A stretch of DNA of 64,000 nucleotides from Candidatus Wolfebacteria bacterium GW2011_GWB1_47_1 (GTDB taxonomy: Bacteria; Patescibacteriota; Minisyncoccia; UBA6257; UBA9933). The position numbers and the translations under genes are program-made. Every line of letters begins with the position of its first letter. The first letter of the stretch is position 1. The notes beneath the pieces are model-generated. The model did no database searches and was not told the origin of the DNA. It saw only the letters and a list, made by a program, of their open reading frames with translations. This document shows positions 23,625 through 32,763 of the stretch, piece after piece. Location of the stretch: positions 811,969 to 875,968 of the forward strand of contig CP011209.1 of the NCBI GenBank assembly GCA_001029635.1, read 5' to 3'.

Positions 23625-24176
23625 CTACCTAAAATCCACCCGTTTCGCCACCTCCTGCTCACCTGTCTGCCTTCTAAATATGCTCAGCTTTTCCGCAACT
23701 GCCGCAGGGATTGCCTTCTCGCGTTGCGGGATTGGATTCTTTCTTGTCGTAAGATCCGATGACAGCTTATTAATCGATGGCATTTGGGCAGTAAATTGCT
23801 TCAGCGTGTTTCTTTGGTCGATAATCTTTTCTTCAGGAACCGGTGCTGTTGTCGGTTTAATGTTTGCAAATTCCGGCACTTCAATCACGCGCTCCTTTAT
23901 TTCCCGCTTCCATAGATATAACCTTGGCTTCCAGAAGAATCCTACAGCCGCAAATGCAATGCGTGTCAGGGGCTGTCCGTTAACCTTTACCAGCGCCAAT
24001 GCAAGCGCCCCTCCGAGCGATATAAGCGCAACTATCGCACCTGCCAAAAAAGGCATCGTTGTAAACGCTAAAAATGCCACTACTCCTCCTCCAACCACGT
24101 ACAGCAACTGTCGTAACGAAAAAGGACCGGCGATTTTGTCTTCTATTTCAATAAATTGAGGTATTTGGAATTGCAT
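23625..24176 (-). CDS. PrgI-family (VirB3-like) protein (start at MQFQIPQFIE)
   Basis: QFQIPQFIEIEDKIAGPFSLRQ followed by 2 TM. Confidence 0.82.
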   Translation of the reverse strand: MQFQIPQFIEIEDKIAGPFSLRQLLYVVGGGVVAFLAFTTMPFLAGAIVALISLGGALALALVKVNGQPLTRIAFAAVGFFWKPRLYLWKREIKERVIEVPEFANIKPTTAPVPEEKIIDQRNTLKQFTAQMPSINKLSSDLTTRKNPIPQREKAIPAAVAEKLSIFRRQTGEQEVAKRVDFR

Positions 24177-24229
24177 GGGTAGCTCGATAGCAAATAGCTT
24201 ATTAGCTCGTTGGTGGCATGTGGATATTT

Positions 24230-24291
24230 TGTCATTCCGGCGGAGGCCGGAATTTATTTTGATCTGGACCCCGGCCTCCGCCGGGGTGACA
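24230..24291. repeat. Inverted pair of dRS3/CGTC-like REPs
   Basis: TGTCATTCCGGCGGAGGCCGGAAT and GGACCCCGGCCTCCGCCGGGGTGACA. Confidence 0.8.
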
Positions 24292-24306
24292 ATTTGGTCC
24301 GATTTA

Positions 24307-25464
24307 TTACTTCTTATCCTGTACCCGCTCCAGCATCCGCAGGTCGACAATGTCGTCGTTTACCGGAATCTGCGCAAGTTGTGGTTCCTTCGCTGCGGGC
24401 GCTTGCTGAGCAACTACACCAACCCGTTGCGGCGTCTTCATTATCGTAGCTTCAGGAATCTTTGGCATCGATGCCATCGGCTTGCCCTCCTCCGGCATTG
24501 CCGGTACGGGAATGGCAACGGATGAGATCACTTCATTCTGCGCGCCAAGATCAACAACCCTTGGCTCAAAGTCTACCACATGCTCCTGCTTTGTCGTAGG
24601 GACGAATATCGGCTCTATACCCTTTTGTTGTGCCTGCTCTTGCTGGCCAAACATATCCTGAGGAGCCTTTGCACTCGTATAATGGACCACTTTCACCTCC
24701 TGTTGCGGTGTTTTTGCCACCTCCTCCGACTTCTTCCCCAACCCCTCAATCATACTTATCTGAGCCGTTACGGCAGGGCCTGCGGATTTTTGCTCCTGAT
24801 TACGCTTAAATCCAAATACTCCTCCAAATGAACTCAGCGGTCTTCTCTTTTGTGTCACCGGCACAAGATCAGCTTCGGCATGTATAATTGTCGGGGCCGG
24901 CATACCGACTCCATCTTCCGCTGCCCCCGTTGGGACACTTACATTCCTACCCATATCCCCTTCGATTCGCACCTTTCTTATTTCCACAGATGCTTCCTGC
25001 TCTTCCGTTACTATCGCAGGATTTATACGATCAGTCGCGATCATTGCAGGGGTTTGCGCAGTCGCCTCCCCGCTCGTTTGCGCTGCATTCTGCTCTCGTG
25101 CGGGCCCCTCCTCCGCCATAATAGCCGGACTTTCTCCTGATACATCCGCGCGTAACTTCAAAATTAACCCTTTAACCGGATCGAATATCCGTTTATCAAT
25201 TTGAAAAATGATCGGGTCGATCGCCTTTTGATCCATCCCCGGGATGGATTGCAATTCCTTTGCTAAGTCGTTGATATGAGTAAATCCAAGCAGTATGTTA
25301 CCCATAACTATCAATACCACATCAATAATTTCTTCCGACAATCCAGCGTCCTCGCATGCCTTCCATATAATTTCCCCATTATCCACAGAGAAAAAGGCCT
25401 CCTTAAGCTCGTCAGGCACCTGTCCCCATCGGTCATAGATTTGTTCGTTGGTCACTGTTTGCAT
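24307..25464 (-). CDS. Hypothetical protein with low-complexity Pro/Glu/Ala-rich C-terminal region
   Basis: 385-aa ORF in operon. Confidence 0.75.
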   Translation of the reverse strand: MQTVTNEQIYDRWGQVPDELKEAFFSVDNGEIIWKACEDAGLSEEIIDVVLIVMGNILLGFTHINDLAKELQSIPGMDQKAIDPIIFQIDKRIFDPVKGLILKLRADVSGESPAIMAEEGPAREQNAAQTSGEATAQTPAMIATDRINPAIVTEEQEASVEIRKVRIEGDMGRNVSVPTGAAEDGVGMPAPTIIHAEADLVPVTQKRRPLSSFGGVFGFKRNQEQKSAGPAVTAQISMIEGLGKKSEEVAKTPQQEVKVVHYTSAKAPQDMFGQQEQAQQKGIEPIFVPTTKQEHVVDFEPRVVDLGAQNEVISSVAIPVPAMPEEGKPMASMPKIPEATIMKTPQRVGVVAQQAPAAKEPQLAQIPVNDDIVDLRMLERVQDKK

Positions 25465-25479
25465 TGCCGTTACTTTTGG

Positions 25480-27771
25480 TTATGCTTTTTTCTCTTCTTC
25501 CTTACTTGCCGTATACAAACGACTTGCCCCCGACTTTCTCATTGAATCCTGCATGCGCACTATATGTTGATAATCCTCAGACTCCTTCTTCATCGATGAG
25601 AAGTCCGCACTGTCCCGTGCATGCAACATCTTCATCTGCGCTTCGATATCATTTAGTACGCGTTCTCCTCCGAGATTCTTATATGCCTTTGCATCATGTT
25701 CTTCGATCCATGTCAGCATTTCCTTAATATCTTTTGTTTTCGCTATATCCTCATTTGTTGCCTTAAGCTCTTTCATAACCGAAACCAATTCTTTATTGGT
25801 TGCTCCGGCGATCTCAGCACCCTTCGTCGCCTTGATTCCGTCGATCACTCCCTGCTTTATTTCGGCACCAATCCCTTCTATCTTACCCATGAATTTTTTC
25901 ACCTCCGGACCCTTACCAATACCTTTCGTAAGAGAAGCGAGGGCACGTGGATCGTTCATCATTAATGACTGTAGCGCTTCCTTACCGTATTTGCCTTTAT
26001 CATAGAAATCAAATCCCAGAGCAACGCGATCCTTTTCGGCAAATGAATCAAAGAACTTCTTCGCCTCCTCCTGATACTTCTTCTTTGCACTTACAATAGC
26101 ATCTGTCTTGGCCACGCCTGGTGGCAATGCATTTGCTGCGTCAACGCCCTTTTGTGCGGTCAGCATCTCGGCATTCCTTCCTGCTGCCTTAGTTAGCTTT
26201 GCATATGCTCCTGCGCCACCAATGCCATCGAACTGCCCCTTAATGCCAGTCGCACCCGTGCTCATAATATCCGCATCAAGGATCTTTTCGTTGATCTTCC
26301 CTAGGTTGCCACCCTTAGCGAGCTGCTGTTGCGCAAAGAACTTCTCGTCGGTAGCCATGGTCGCATAGCGGCCGGCCAAGCTGTCGTCGGACATTCCCTT
26401 GAACTTCTCGTCGAATGCCTTCTTAAGCGCTGCCTGCTGCGATTGCGATATCGCCTGCCCTGCGCGTCCCAAAGCACCAGCAGTCCTCCCTTTGGCCCAA
26501 CCCATAACACCCGGCTTACGCTCCGCCTCCATCTTGCGTAGATCGGCCGCACTTACGCCATACTTCTTGGCAACATAGCCTGCCCCAGCAATGCCTGCTG
26601 CCGCGCCCCGCGCACCCATGCGGCGCGCTCCGCGTTCAGTCTCTCTGCGCACATATGCCTGCGTGCCCTTGCCCATCTTTTCGAGCCTCGCCTTACTCCA
26701 GCCAGACATATTACTGATCATGTCCTTGCTTCCTTTTGCTCCCTTCAAGCTGATGCTATTTGCCGCGATCAACGACATCATCATGAACATGATCGCCATG
26801 GCGGCCTGCACAACGGAACTCATCGTAAACAGAAGGCCATCTCCAAACGCATACGTTGCGTTGCCACCGCTACCGGCAGCTGTCGGAGCGGGATTATCGA
26901 ATGCATTTAGCGATGTTAGTGACAGCCACATGAAAAATATCATGACCGGTGGGAACATCGTCCATCGCACAAAGTCATTCCACCATTTGTCCCAATGACT
27001 ACGCGTTGACGGAAATATCCTGGAAACGAATACGATCGGTGTAAGCACCAGCAAAAATGTCAACGTAAAATACCGGATGAATAACATCGCCGCGATCGTC
27101 ATCATAATGACCGATGCGATAAGCGTGAAGATGATAATGAACACCATACTTCCGATAATGCTCAATATCCCTGATCCGAATTTGTCCATTGCTCCCGCAA
27201 TGCTTGTAGCTCCGCTTTTTGTACTCAAAAATCCTGAAATATCAAACCCACTCGCGAGCGCAGACGTTATATTCCCTCCCGACAATCCAGACTGCTGTAC
27301 AAAAAACTCGGTCACCATTCCTGAAAAATCAATCAGCACTCCAGGAATCACCAAACTGAAGTTCACAAGAAGTGAAATGACGATCAGAGGCACTAATGCC
27401 TTCTTCATGCCGTATGACTCAAAATTCAGCATCGTCGCAAATGCGATGACGATCAACGCTATTACGAGCGCCAGATCTGCTACGTTTACGAATACCGTCC
27501 ACCCCTTAAAGAGAAATACGTTCTTTGCCGGATCCAATATTGTATTATTCAGATTCATGCCCAGTTCGATGAACGAACCTCCAAGCATAAAGAACTTCTG
27601 GGCAACCCAAGTAAAAATTACTAAAATAGCCTGACTCGCCTTGGTGATTACGGACGTCCCTAAAGAATCAATATATCCCGCCACCTGTGCGTATGTAAAC
27701 TGCGTAAGCGCGATTTCAAAAATCGCGCTTACAAGTCCGATTAAAAGAATTTTTTTATAGATCGATTTCAT
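25480..27771 (-). CDS. VirB6/TrbL-like polytopic membrane protein with long C-terminal tail
   Basis: GW..FVN...LIVIAFAT, LLVNFSL, IRYFTLTFLLVLTP, WDKWW. Confidence 0.78.
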   Translation of the reverse strand: MKSIYKKILLIGLVSAIFEIALTQFTYAQVAGYIDSLGTSVITKASQAILVIFTWVAQKFFMLGGSFIELGMNLNNTILDPAKNVFLFKGWTVFVNVADLALVIALIVIAFATMLNFESYGMKKALVPLIVISLLVNFSLVIPGVLIDFSGMVTEFFVQQSGLSGGNITSALASGFDISGFLSTKSGATSIAGAMDKFGSGILSIIGSMVFIIIFTLIASVIMMTIAAMLFIRYFTLTFLLVLTPIVFVSRIFPSTRSHWDKWWNDFVRWTMFPPVMIFFMWLSLTSLNAFDNPAPTAAGSGGNATYAFGDGLLFTMSSVVQAAMAIMFMMMSLIAANSISLKGAKGSKDMISNMSGWSKARLEKMGKGTQAYVRRETERGARRMGARGAAAGIAGAGYVAKKYGVSAADLRKMEAERKPGVMGWAKGRTAGALGRAGQAISQSQQAALKKAFDEKFKGMSDDSLAGRYATMATDEKFFAQQQLAKGGNLGKINEKILDADIMSTGATGIKGQFDGIGGAGAYAKLTKAAGRNAEMLTAQKGVDAANALPPGVAKTDAIVSAKKKYQEEAKKFFDSFAEKDRVALGFDFYDKGKYGKEALQSLMMNDPRALASLTKGIGKGPEVKKFMGKIEGIGAEIKQGVIDGIKATKGAEIAGATNKELVSVMKELKATNEDIAKTKDIKEMLTWIEEHDAKAYKNLGGERVLNDIEAQMKMLHARDSADFSSMKKESEDYQHIVRMQDSMRKSGASRLYTASKEEEKKA

Positions 27772-27816
27772 GTGGCGATAGCACCAATTCCAGTCTCACT
27801 TTTTCTTCCTAGACTC

Positions 27817-29334
27817 CTATGGAGTTGCAGGCGTCCCAGCTCCCTGCACAGTCCTGCATGTTTGCAGTCGTGTTAAAACAAGATCCAGCTCTCCTTTCCA
27901 TGCAACAGACTGATCCTTCGCATCTTGCAGTTGTTGTGGGTATGCTGTGGTTGGATCAGTAATCAAGGCGCCGCGCGCGTACTTGTCCATGAAGTCCTTC
28001 ACGGCATTTGTTGCCAGAATAGCCTCTCTCGTATTAAGCATATTCGCCCCTTCAACCCTGCTAATAGCCCCCTGCGCCTCATCGAGTTTCGCCTGCAGGT
28101 CCGCCAGTTCCGTTGTAAGTAATCCGCCGCGCGCCGTCACTTCTGCAATCTCATTTTCCGTAACTTGTGGCGGACATAGCACACCCGCCTCCTGGATCCC
28201 TTTGATCGCGCTGAGGTTTGCCGTTATTTGCTCGCTATAAGTTACCGATAAGCGCTTTTGCGCAACCAATGCACTCCACTGATCTTTAAACGGCTTTACT
28301 TGATCCGTCAGATCCTTCTTGTCGTCATTCGTAAGTGCGTCGATCTCCGGAGCGAGTTGCGTTGATGGATTAAACCCATTCTGAGGGTTCTCATTTCCCG
28401 TCATCAGTGCTAGTCCTTCGCTCATCATGCGATTGATTCCCGCATTGATCGCAGCCGAAATAATGCTCTGTACTCCCGATACATAGATATTGTCAGATCC
28501 GATCATATTTTTCACCGCCCCCGCGACAGCGTCTCCTGGTGTCTGGACCTGTTCCTTCGTACATGTCGCTGCCTCCGTGGCATAGTCGTAACAATAGTTT
28601 GGATCGCCCGTATCAAAATAATTATTTGCGACACAGTAATCGTACATTTCCTGCGAGTTGTCCTCGATACACTTACTCACCGACAAGAATCCACTACCTG
28701 CACCCGCTTCCTGCTTCTTTTTCTCTGCGCTCACGGTCGATCGCGTCTTCATGTCGTCATCAAACATAACCAACTGCATGTAGAGATTGTTCTCCGGCTT
28801 TATCGAGGCGCCATACGCAAGCCATCCTCCATTTTCAAAATTTTCATAAAAATCCTCCACATTCGCCACGATATCCGAAATGGTACAGCTTGCCTGTTGG
28901 CTTACCGGCTGCTCTTCCGGGATCATTGCGATCTTCAGCTGTAATGCGAATGGCGTACACAGGTTCGCGAGCTGCGTCTGGCTTATCGTTTGGTTGACTC
29001 CTTCCATTGCGGCATCCTTCAGGAGCCCTCCCCAATCGCTAACAAATTTCGGCTTTCCGTTCCCTTGGATCCACGCAACCGTCTGCTTGTTGATCTCGTT
29101 AACGATTGCCTTTACAACCTGATCGCGCAACGTATTCCATAATTCGGTCTTCGCCCACTGCGCAACTTGCGTCACCCAATTCATACTGTTCGCAGCCGAG
29201 CCAATCGCCGTCAATGCGTTAAGCGGTCCATCAATGACTGGAATCGCGTATGACTTCTGTGGCGTCGCTAATCCAACCATAAGCACAGCAACGCACATCA
29301 TCGAAACGATAATTTTTTTCACTGTAGTATGCAT
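27817..29334 (-). CDS. Secreted hypothetical protein of the T4SS-like cluster
   Basis: Signal peptide; Cys pairs; GSGFLS and TPG motifs; coiled-coil C-terminus. Confidence 0.7.
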   Translation of the reverse strand: MHTTVKKIIVSMMCVAVLMVGLATPQKSYAIPVIDGPLNALTAIGSAANSMNWVTQVAQWAKTELWNTLRDQVVKAIVNEINKQTVAWIQGNGKPKFVSDWGGLLKDAAMEGVNQTISQTQLANLCTPFALQLKIAMIPEEQPVSQQASCTISDIVANVEDFYENFENGGWLAYGASIKPENNLYMQLVMFDDDMKTRSTVSAEKKKQEAGAGSGFLSVSKCIEDNSQEMYDYCVANNYFDTGDPNYCYDYATEAATCTKEQVQTPGDAVAGAVKNMIGSDNIYVSGVQSIISAAINAGINRMMSEGLALMTGNENPQNGFNPSTQLAPEIDALTNDDKKDLTDQVKPFKDQWSALVAQKRLSVTYSEQITANLSAIKGIQEAGVLCPPQVTENEIAEVTARGGLLTTELADLQAKLDEAQGAISRVEGANMLNTREAILATNAVKDFMDKYARGALITDPTTAYPQQLQDAKDQSVAWKGELDLVLTRLQTCRTVQGAGTPATP

Positions 29335-29338
29335 GAAA

Positions 29339-30160
29339 TTATAATCCTACTTCAGTATACATTTTTTGCAGCAACTTTTGTAGTAGCGATGAATTTTGAC
29401 CAAACTCAGACAAGGACTGAGCAACCGAATATCCTTTCAATGGATCGGCCGCGCATCCCGCTATCCCGGAAAAAATAACGCTTCCTTGTAAATAATGCGT
29501 GATCCCTTGCTTGTGAAACACCACCCATTGCGATGGCGTTTGTATCTTCATCATATCCCTTGCGATTGCAGTATAGTCATCAGACAATTCTTTGCTGATA
29601 TTCGTCTGTTGACCCGCGCAGGATTGCTCTATCAATCCCTCCAATCCTCCGGGGATATTTTTATATGATTCCTTTACCGGATGGCGCGCCAGCATCGCTT
29701 CAAGGTCCTTCAAATACCGCCGCTTCGCATCCCGCGTGTTGTTCATAATCGTCTTTAAATCGGAATTCTTTACCACGATTCCTTCAAATACCGCATTGGT
29801 CGATTCAGCAACTGACCGCTCGACTGCATTGCGCACCTCTGCCGTATCACTGTTCTTTTCATCAAACGGACTCTTCCCTTGCTGATCAAGTGTCTTCATT
29901 TGTTCGAACGTTGCGCGCGCGATCACCTTTGTCATGTTTGCGCCATCATCCCCTTTACCCTCGCTCAACAAATCCGCACCCATCAGCCCCGCTCCCAATC
30001 CCTCCAGTTCAGTCAATGCGGATGTTCCGTCGAGCGTTGCATTGCCTCTACCCTCCAGCTTGTCCACTTGACCGGCCTCATTTCTACTTGCGACTCCATA
30101 TGCGGCAAAAAGTACCGCCGCAAGTCCTATAAACATAATTGCTATTCCTTTTTTCTCCAT
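29339..30160 (-). CDS. Membrane-anchored hypothetical protein
   Basis: N-terminal TM, helical, DPLKG near C-terminus. Confidence 0.7.
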   Translation of the reverse strand: MEKKGIAIMFIGLAAVLFAAYGVASRNEAGQVDKLEGRGNATLDGTSALTELEGLGAGLMGADLLSEGKGDDGANMTKVIARATFEQMKTLDQQGKSPFDEKNSDTAEVRNAVERSVAESTNAVFEGIVVKNSDLKTIMNNTRDAKRRYLKDLEAMLARHPVKESYKNIPGGLEGLIEQSCAGQQTNISKELSDDYTAIARDMMKIQTPSQWVVFHKQGITHYLQGSVIFSGIAGCAADPLKGYSVAQSLSEFGQNSSLLQKLLQKMYTEVGL

Positions 30161-30215
30161 ACTATTTTTATAGTATAGCCGTAAACATAATTAACGGCAA
30201 ACGTTTTTCATTGCG

Positions 30216-31757
30216 TTATTGAGCCAATACCATTCCGTAATAGAATGCCATGTTCCTCGCAAAATATTCGTTCATCAATGGACTCATAAGTCGCTCCACA
30301 GGCGCATATGTATCCGTCAGAATAATGGTATCTTCATCCGTCATGGACCGATCAATACTTCGCTTTGCGAGAAATGCCCCATTTTCCCCTCGCAGTATCT
30401 TTGTTCGCAGTTCCTGCACACCAATGGGTATTTTCGTATTCACCCCCACTAGTACGATATTCTGCGCATCATATGCATCCGCACCAAAGGCAAAAACGTA
30501 ATAGTTTTCAAATACCAACCCGAATGTCTTTTCCATACTTTTAAAAAACTCTTCCCCCGCTCCTTTTCGTACCGAACTGAAGTTTACCGCAAATACTCCC
30601 CCTTCGTTTAGACGTGCTTTTGCTTCCTCAAAAAATTCTTTCGTCGCCATATGCCATGGTACTGAAATGAACGAATTATACGCATCAGAAAAAATGAGAT
30701 CATACCGTCTGTCCGTCTGACGCAAAAAATTTCTCCCGTCTCCCACTCTTTGCCGTACCGGATAGTCATTTAATTGAAAATACTCATCGGCGACCCGCTG
30801 TACCTTCGGATCAATCTCAACGGTCGTCACGTCAGCTCCTTTATAAAAATCGGCTAATTTTTTTGATAAGTCATACGACCCCCCGCCTATCACCAACATA
30901 TCCTGCATTCTCTCATGTATCGCGCCGAAGATCGGATATATTTCCGGATATGTCCCCAGATGCTGCCCCTCAACCCCCTCAACACTATGGGAATCCGTGT
31001 CGAGCAACAACATTCTTACCCTACCTCTATCTCCCAACTCTCTATCAATAATCCTGATCTTATAATATTCACTCTCCGCGGCAAACACGACCCCTCGTAC
31101 ATCCGCAAACAAATACATCGCGTAGGTCATCATCCCCACTATTGAGAACAGTAAACCGATCAATCCTATCGTCGTTTTTTTGATCCGAGCCAATACCATT
31201 GCATTGGTCAATACAAGCAGAGCCATCAGCAGTATCGTCGTCACGCTGCCGATATATCCGATAAAATAGAACCCCGTTAAAAATGTCCCCGCAATACTTC
31301 CCAACGACCATGCCGCCGATATCTGGCCTGATCGAATTCCTGTCGCATCGATGGTTTGCAAATGCAACTTCAGTATCCCCGGATAGAGCGTCCCGAAGAA
31401 CACTGCCGGAATAAAAAACAAAAGGAACGCCAACAAGATCGTTGTCATTGACATCGACAACCCCGAAAGTGCAACAATGGGGGAAAAATATGAGAACAGC
31501 GGTATAAAAAACGTTGCAACTGATGCCGCAATAAACAGCATTGCCAATGACCGATGAGACTTCTTTCGATCGATATACACTCCTCCTGCATAGTTCCCTA
31601 CCGCCATACCAAGTAGAATCACGCCAATAACCGACGTCCACGTATAGATGGACGATCCTACATATGGCGCCATCAGACGGGTAGCAATCAATTCGATCGT
31701 CATCAGCGCGAAACCCGCTATAAACGCCGATACAATCAATATATTTAACTTCTTCAT
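30216..31757 (-). CDS. Membrane domain fused to spermidine-synthase-like SAM-binding domain
   Basis: About 7 TM then VIGGG, VEIDP, GDGR, YDLIFSDAY. Confidence 0.88.
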   Translation of the reverse strand: MKKLNILIVSAFIAGFALMTIELIATRLMAPYVGSSIYTWTSVIGVILLGMAVGNYAGGVYIDRKKSHRSLAMLFIAASVATFFIPLFSYFSPIVALSGLSMSMTTILLAFLLFFIPAVFFGTLYPGILKLHLQTIDATGIRSGQISAAWSLGSIAGTFLTGFYFIGYIGSVTTILLMALLVLTNAMVLARIKKTTIGLIGLLFSIVGMMTYAMYLFADVRGVVFAAESEYYKIRIIDRELGDRGRVRMLLLDTDSHSVEGVEGQHLGTYPEIYPIFGAIHERMQDMLVIGGGSYDLSKKLADFYKGADVTTVEIDPKVQRVADEYFQLNDYPVRQRVGDGRNFLRQTDRRYDLIFSDAYNSFISVPWHMATKEFFEEAKARLNEGGVFAVNFSSVRKGAGEEFFKSMEKTFGLVFENYYVFAFGADAYDAQNIVLVGVNTKIPIGVQELRTKILRGENGAFLAKRSIDRSMTDEDTIILTDTYAPVERLMSPLMNEYFARNMAFYYGMVLAQ

Positions 31758-32551
31758 GAAAAAATCACCATTAGCTTGTAAATATCTTCCATAGAAAGAT
31801 CATGCGATCGCATCTTCGCGTCAAACCCAGCACGCTGCAGTGCTTCTATGATTACTTCTTTATCCCCGTCCTTTCCCGCAAGATTATTTATGATCGTCTT
31901 ACGCGGCTGTGAGAACAACTGTCTGATAAACGCATAGTACCGGATACTATCTCCTTCAGTCGGATGCACATCCAATCGAATGGTCGCACTATCAATCTTC
32001 GGTGGCGGATTAAAATCCTTCTTCGGTACAATATCGATAATCGATGCTGTCGCCCAATACTGCACACTTGCGGCGAGCAGGTTCATCTTCGGCGACTGTG
32101 CGCAAATGCGTTCGGCAACCTCTTTCTGAATCGTCATCACGACACGCATCGGCTTATGTTCCAATTCTTCGATCACCCGCAACAGGTATCCTGTTATATA
32201 GTAGGGAATATTTCCTGCGATCATGTAAGGCTCCCCTTGTCGCTCCAACTCTTCTACTACCATCGGCAACAATTCCAACGCGTTTCCTTCGATGACTTCA
32301 AACCCGGGGTGGATTCCCGCCTCCGCGGGAATGACAAAAGAAGCGAATTTTTCCTTCAATGGTTCGATCAGTGCCTTATCGCGCTCAAGTGCCGTCACTC
32401 GCGCTCCAGCTTCTAAAAGATATTGTGTCAGCTCGCCATGACCTGGACCAACTTCAATAACAACACTGTCCCTTGTTATTTCAAGTGCATCCGATACCTT
32501 CTTTAACTTCTCCAAATTGATCAAAAAATGTTGTCCAAGCTTTTGTCCCAT
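31754..32551 (-). CDS. rsmA: 16S rRNA dimethyladenosine transferase
   Basis: KLGQHFL, EVGPGHG, NIPYYIT, QKEVAER, PPPKIDS. Confidence 0.95.
   Translation of the reverse strand: MGQKLGQHFLINLEKLKKVSDALEITRDSVVIEVGPGHGELTQYLLEAGARVTALERDKALIEPLKEKFASFVIPAEAGIHPGFEVIEGNALELLPMVVEELERQGEPYMIAGNIPYYITGYLLRVIEELEHKPMRVVMTIQKEVAERICAQSPKMNLLAASVQYWATASIIDIVPKKDFNPPPKIDSATIRLDVHPTEGDSIRYYAFIRQLFSQPRKTIINNLAGKDGDKEVIIEALQRAGFDAKMRSHDLSMEDIYKLMVIFS
32311..32336 (-). repeat. dRS3/CGTC-like REP inside the rsmA coding sequence
   Basis: GGATTCCCGCCTCCGCGGGAATGACA, near-identical to intergenic copies at 37551 and 55644. Confidence 0.85.
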
Positions 32552-32600
32552 ATCAGGACAGTATACAGGTAATCAGTAATATGCGACAAGGAGCACCTGT

Positions 32601-32725
32601 ATACAACGTTTGTCCGCCGACTGGCGGACAAACGTTGTATGTTTTTTATCAGGCAATCCCAATTATCTCTGCACCTATTCGGCAATAAAAATTCGGCAGA
32701 TGCCTGCCGAATTTTTATTGCCGAA
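32601..32725. repeat. Two long perfect inverted repeats (18-bp and 22-bp arms)
   Basis: 32601-32640 and 32678-32725. Confidence 0.9.
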
Positions 32726-32763
32726 CTCCATATTCCCTTTTTCCTTTTCCTTTTTCCACCCTC

